Source: Terrimicrobiaceae bacterium
Lineage (GTDB): Bacteria; Verrucomicrobiota; Verrucomicrobiia; Chthoniobacterales; Terrimicrobiaceae
Assembly: GCA_041752695.1 (NCBI GenBank)
Contig: JBGSVZ010000092.1
Location: 113,250-177,249, forward strand
Direction: 5' to 3'
DNA length: 64,000 bases
Shown here: in pieces, positions 61,798 to 64,000 of the stretch
Layout of the letters: each line of letters begins with the position of its first letter
Position numbering within the stretch: the first letter of the stretch is position 1
The notes under the pieces: generated by a model
The model's database searches: none
What the model saw: only the letters and a program-made list of their open reading frames with translations
What the model was told of the DNA's origin: nothing
Position numbers and translations under genes: made by a program

Positions 61798-62349
61798 ATG
61801 CGACGTGTTTTCTGTGCGGTGATTTTGGGACCCGTTTTCTGGTTGGTGGGGTGTTCGGTGGTGCCGGAGGCGGGGATTGCGTTTGACCGGGCGGATGACG
61901 CGGTAAGTCAGATTGTTCCCACGGCGAAGCGGAACAAAAGGATCGTGATCGACCTGAGCACGCAGACGGCGAAACTTTATCGAGGAAAGACGGTGATCGG
62001 AGACTGCAAGGTTTCGACCGGGCGCGAAGGCAACGATACGCCTCCGGGGGTCTATAAGGTGATCCAGAAGGACGTGGATCACCGATCGAATCTCTATGGC
62101 AATTATGTGAAGAACGGCCGTGTGGTGAAACGCGGCGTGGATGTCCGCAAGACGCCCAAGCCCGCGGGTGCTACGTTCGACGGTGCACCGATGCTTTACT
62201 TCTTGCGATTCCAGGGGCCCTACGGGTTGCACGCGGGAATCGTGCCGGGATATCCCGCATCGGCGGGTTGTGTGAGGCTGCCGCTGCGGCAGGCTCGGCG
62301 GTTTTATTACGCGGTCGATCTCGGGACGCCGGTGATTGTGAAGAGGTGA
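61798..62349 (+). CDS. L,D-transpeptidase (YkuD family), probable lipoprotein
   Basis: LVGC lipobox, IDLSTQ, STGREG..TPPG, LHAG...PASAGCVRL. Confidence 0.88.
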   Translation: MRRVFCAVILGPVFWLVGCSVVPEAGIAFDRADDAVSQIVPTAKRNKRIVIDLSTQTAKLYRGKTVIGDCKVSTGREGNDTPPGVYKVIQKDVDHRSNLYGNYVKNGRVVKRGVDVRKTPKPAGATFDGAPMLYFLRFQGPYGLHAGIVPGYPASAGCVRLPLRQARRFYYAVDLGTPVIVKR

Positions 62350-62367
62350 CGGGTTCCGAACTACGGA

Positions 62368-62448
62368 TTTCGCATAGAAGGTCACAAAGAAAACGAAGAA
62401 GAGAAACGCACTTGGGAACCTTTGTTTCCTTCGTTGGCTTCTGTAAAA
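62368..62448. repeat. Inverted pair of purine-rich 9-nt-period repeats between convergent genes
   Basis: Plus strand AGAAG GTCACAAAG AAAACGAAG; minus strand AGAAG CCAACGAAG GAAACAAAG. Confidence 0.55.
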
Positions 62449-62458
62449 AGGCCTTGGT

Positions 62459-63860
62459 TCAGGCGGTTTTTTCGTCCTCCGCCTCGTCAAGGAACTGACG
62501 GTTCATGTCGCCTCGCTGGGCGGCGAGGGCGGCGATTTGCTCGCGGATTTGCGGGAAGCGGCGGAGAAACTGGCGGAAGTCGCGCTGGGTGAGGGTGGCG
62601 AATTTGCTGTAGTCCAGAGCGGTCACATCGGCCGAGCGGGGCTGTCCGCTAATGATGGCCATCTCGCCGAAGAAGTCGCCCGCTCCGAGCTTGATGCGGC
62701 GGCCGGAGACCCCAACCTCAACTTCGCCTGAGGAGATAAAATAGACGGCGTCGGCGGCGTCGCCTTTGCGGATGATGCGTTCACCCGGCTGGGCGTAGCG
62801 GGGCTCGAAGTGAAGGACGAGGACTTCGCGTTGTTCAGGCGTGAGTCCGGCGAAAAGCGGAAAACGATCCACCAGTTCCTCGGGGGTGAAGGTCTTATGG
62901 GCGGCGCTGCGGTCCTCGGCATACTTGCGGGCCGCTTCGAGTTCGGTTTGCAGAGCGTTGAAGCTGGCCATGCGGTCCTCTTCAAACGGTCTGCGGATGC
63001 TCGGACGGTTGCTGATCCACCGGCAGACGCGGTCGGCGGAGGCGAAGGACAGTGGATTGAGGGTGATGGAGAGCAGGGCACCGGCGAGGATGAGGTTGAG
63101 GCCTTCCTTTGGCAGCAGGCCGTGCTCCATGCCGAGTCCCGCGAGAATGAAGGAAAACTCCCCGATCTGCGCGAGCGAGGCGGAGACCACAAGCGCGGTG
63201 CTGAGCGGAAAACCCAGCAGCAGGACGATCGCGAGGGAGATGAGGGATTTGCCAATGATGATGAGGGCCAGTACGCCGAGCACCATGAGCGGCTCGCGGA
63301 CGAGCACCGTGGGATCGAAAATCATGCCCACCGACACAAAAAACAGCACGGCAAACGCATCTTGCAGAGGCAGGGAATTGGCGGCGGCTTTGTGGCTGAG
63401 GTCGGATTCGTTGAGCACCATCCCGGCAAAAAACGCGCCGAGCGCGAAGGAGACGCCAAAAAGTTCCGCGGAGGCAAAAGCAATGCCGAGCGCGAGGGCC
63501 AGCACGCAGAGGGTGAAAAGTTCGCGCGAGCCCGTGCGGGCGACCTGGCGAAGGATCCAGGGCATGATTCGCGGGCCAACAATGAGGGCAATGGCCACGA
63601 AGGCACCGACCTTGAGAAGGGTGAAACCCAAAGTGACAAAAATGCCGGAGTGCCCCGCGGAATGGCTCTCGTTCCCATCATTACCGCCCAAGAGCGGAGC
63701 CAAGGCGGGGACAAGCACCAGGGCCAGAACCATGGCAAGGTCCTCCACAATGAGCCATCCGATCGCGATGCGACCGTTTGGTGTTTGCACCCCATTGCGT
63801 TCTTCGAGGGCTTTCAAAAGGACGACTGTACTCGCGACGGACAGACTGAGGCCGAGAACC
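62459..63860 (-). pseudogene. CPA2 (YbaL/Kef-like) cation:proton antiporter with a C-terminal cNMP-binding domain, 5' end cut by an IS
   Basis: SVASTVVLLK, LIVEDL, LAQIGEFSF and cNMP motif FFGEMAII...PRSADV. Homology stops at the IS end (63861) and the first TM helices are missing. Confidence 0.85.
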
Positions 63861-64000
63861 TGTCGGCGGTCACCCAAAGTGCACCACCTTCGGTCACTTG
63901 AAAGTGCACCACTTTTTGGACGGGAAAACGGGCTCTGACTGATCGCTCCCGGGGCGGTTGGATGGGGTCAATGTCCAATGTCCTGAAAGTGAGCGAACAA
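63861..64000 (+). mobile_element. Left end of an IS21-family element
   Basis: Terminal TGTC; tandem internal repeats CGGTCACCCAAAGTGCACCAC (63867-63887) and CGGTCACTTGAAAGTGCACCAC (63891-63912); followed by a candidate transposase start. Confidence 0.8.
63971..64000 (+). CDS. Start of a probable IS21 transposase IstA (partial)
   Basis: MSNVLKVSEQ begins 110 nt inside the IS end; only 10 codons are visible. Confidence 0.55.
   Translation, partial: MSNVLKVSEQ

Noticed and set aside
63861..63877. Start codon of an intact antiporter at 63877
   Set aside because: It lies inside the IS terminal repeat, and the native N-terminal helices are missing.

Overview
GC-rich bacterial chromosome segment. 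Gene content and intergenic repeat style suggest Verrucomicrobiota, possibly Spartobacteria; this is inference only. Housekeeping genes: partial clpC, gltB-gltD, fumC, a second divergent gltB with an ACT protein, parA-pyrE, ymdB, rpmH-rnpA-yidD-yidC-khpB, a DD-carboxypeptidase, a UvrD/PcrA helicase and tRNA-Gln(UUG). Accessory patches: (1) an islet at about 10.2-13.5 kb with a membrane-anchored Mrr-type nuclease carrying a predicted external SH3-like domain, plus a PIN toxin and a 57-aa candidate antitoxin; (2) a flavocytochrome c sulfide dehydrogenase-like pair with a divergent two-component system, next to an HNH pseudogene; (3) a solitary decayed integron-type cassette; (4) polysaccharide enzymes after the tRNA; (5) an IS21-family element cutting a CPA2/cNMP antiporter at the right edge. 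The most striking unexplained structure is a family of seven heptamer arrays, typically (AACGCTS)x5 followed by AAGT. Each lies shortly after a stop codon and is always in the sense orientation of the upstream gene. All calls come from reading motifs by eye; no database searches were run.
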